This document shows, piece by piece, positions 63,885 through 64,000 of a DNA stretch of 64,000 nucleotides; the stretch's first letter is position 1; each line of letters opens with the position of its first letter. The position numbers and the translations under genes are program-made. The DNA is from Anaerolineales bacterium. GTDB lineage: Bacteria; Chloroflexota; Anaerolineae; Anaerolineales; UBA6663. The stretch covers positions 12,076-76,075 of the forward strand of contig JADZEK010000073.1 in assembly GCA_020850595.1 (NCBI GenBank), given 5' to 3'. Below the pieces are notes generated by a model that was given only the letters and a program-made list of their open reading frames with translations, was not told the origin of the DNA and ran no database searches.

Positions 63885-64000
63885 GTGTGTTGGCGACGAT
63901 CTACTCTCCCGGGGGGTTGCCCCCCAAGTACCATCGACGCTGTCAGGCTTAACGACCGGGTTCGAGAAGGGACCGGGTGTACCCCTGACGCACAGATCAC
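63885..64000 (-). rRNA. rrf: 5S ribosomal RNA (3' portion; 5' end lies beyond the window)
   Basis: Minus strand reads ...CCCGGTCCCTTCTCGAACCCGGTCGTTAAGCCTGACAGCGTCGATGGTACTTGGGG...CCGGGAGAGTAGATCGTCGCCAACAC, the canonical 5S loop C/helix IV/3'-end blocks. Confidence 0.8.

Noticed and set aside
1-64000. Search for mobile elements, prophage, CRISPR or tRNA genes
   Set aside because: No transposase, integrase, phage structural proteins, direct-repeat arrays, or tRNA-like cloverleaf candidates were found in any intergenic region. The DnaD/DnaC-like genes are the only phage-reminiscent functions, and they sit in a housekeeping context.

Overview
This is a high-GC (about 70%) bacterial chromosomal segment. 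Nearly every long ORF is GC-skewed, many proteins carry Pro/Thr-rich linkers, and a bacterial Elp3 and Firmicute-style primosome genes are present. Together these point tentatively to a Chloroflexota-like organism; this is inference, since no database search was possible. The window is dense with housekeeping genes: an EF-G paralog, dnaB, rpoD, pdxST, map, trxB, psuG, dgkA, rdgB, yceD, a sugar ABC importer, two ABC exporter half-transporters, and the 3' part of a 5S rRNA at the right edge. I found no transposases, integrases, CRISPR arrays or tRNAs.

The loci that most deserve follow-up are these:

1. A dnaB operon that also encodes a DnaD-domain protein and a covalently duplicated (tandem) DnaC/DnaI-like AAA+ loader with an N-terminal Cys4 zinc module.
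2. A MoxR / DUF58 (vWA) / DUF4129 cluster extended upstream by a small Trypco1-like acidic protein and an internally duplicated membrane protein, and downstream by an Endo IV-like TIM-barrel nuclease.
3. A Yip1 / MacB-type ABC ATPase / secreted CARDB-like repeat protein / FtsX permease / zinc-ribbon transmembrane protein cluster.
4. A translationally coupled pair of SPFH-like multi-TM paralogs upstream of psuG.
5. An orphan beta-class DPPF DNA methyltransferase.
6. An alpha/beta-hydrolase fused to an acyl-CoA synthetase, next to dgkA.
7. A bacterial Elp3.

CDS coordinates derived from the ORF track are exact. Coordinates of hairpins and promoters are approximate, within about 2 nt.
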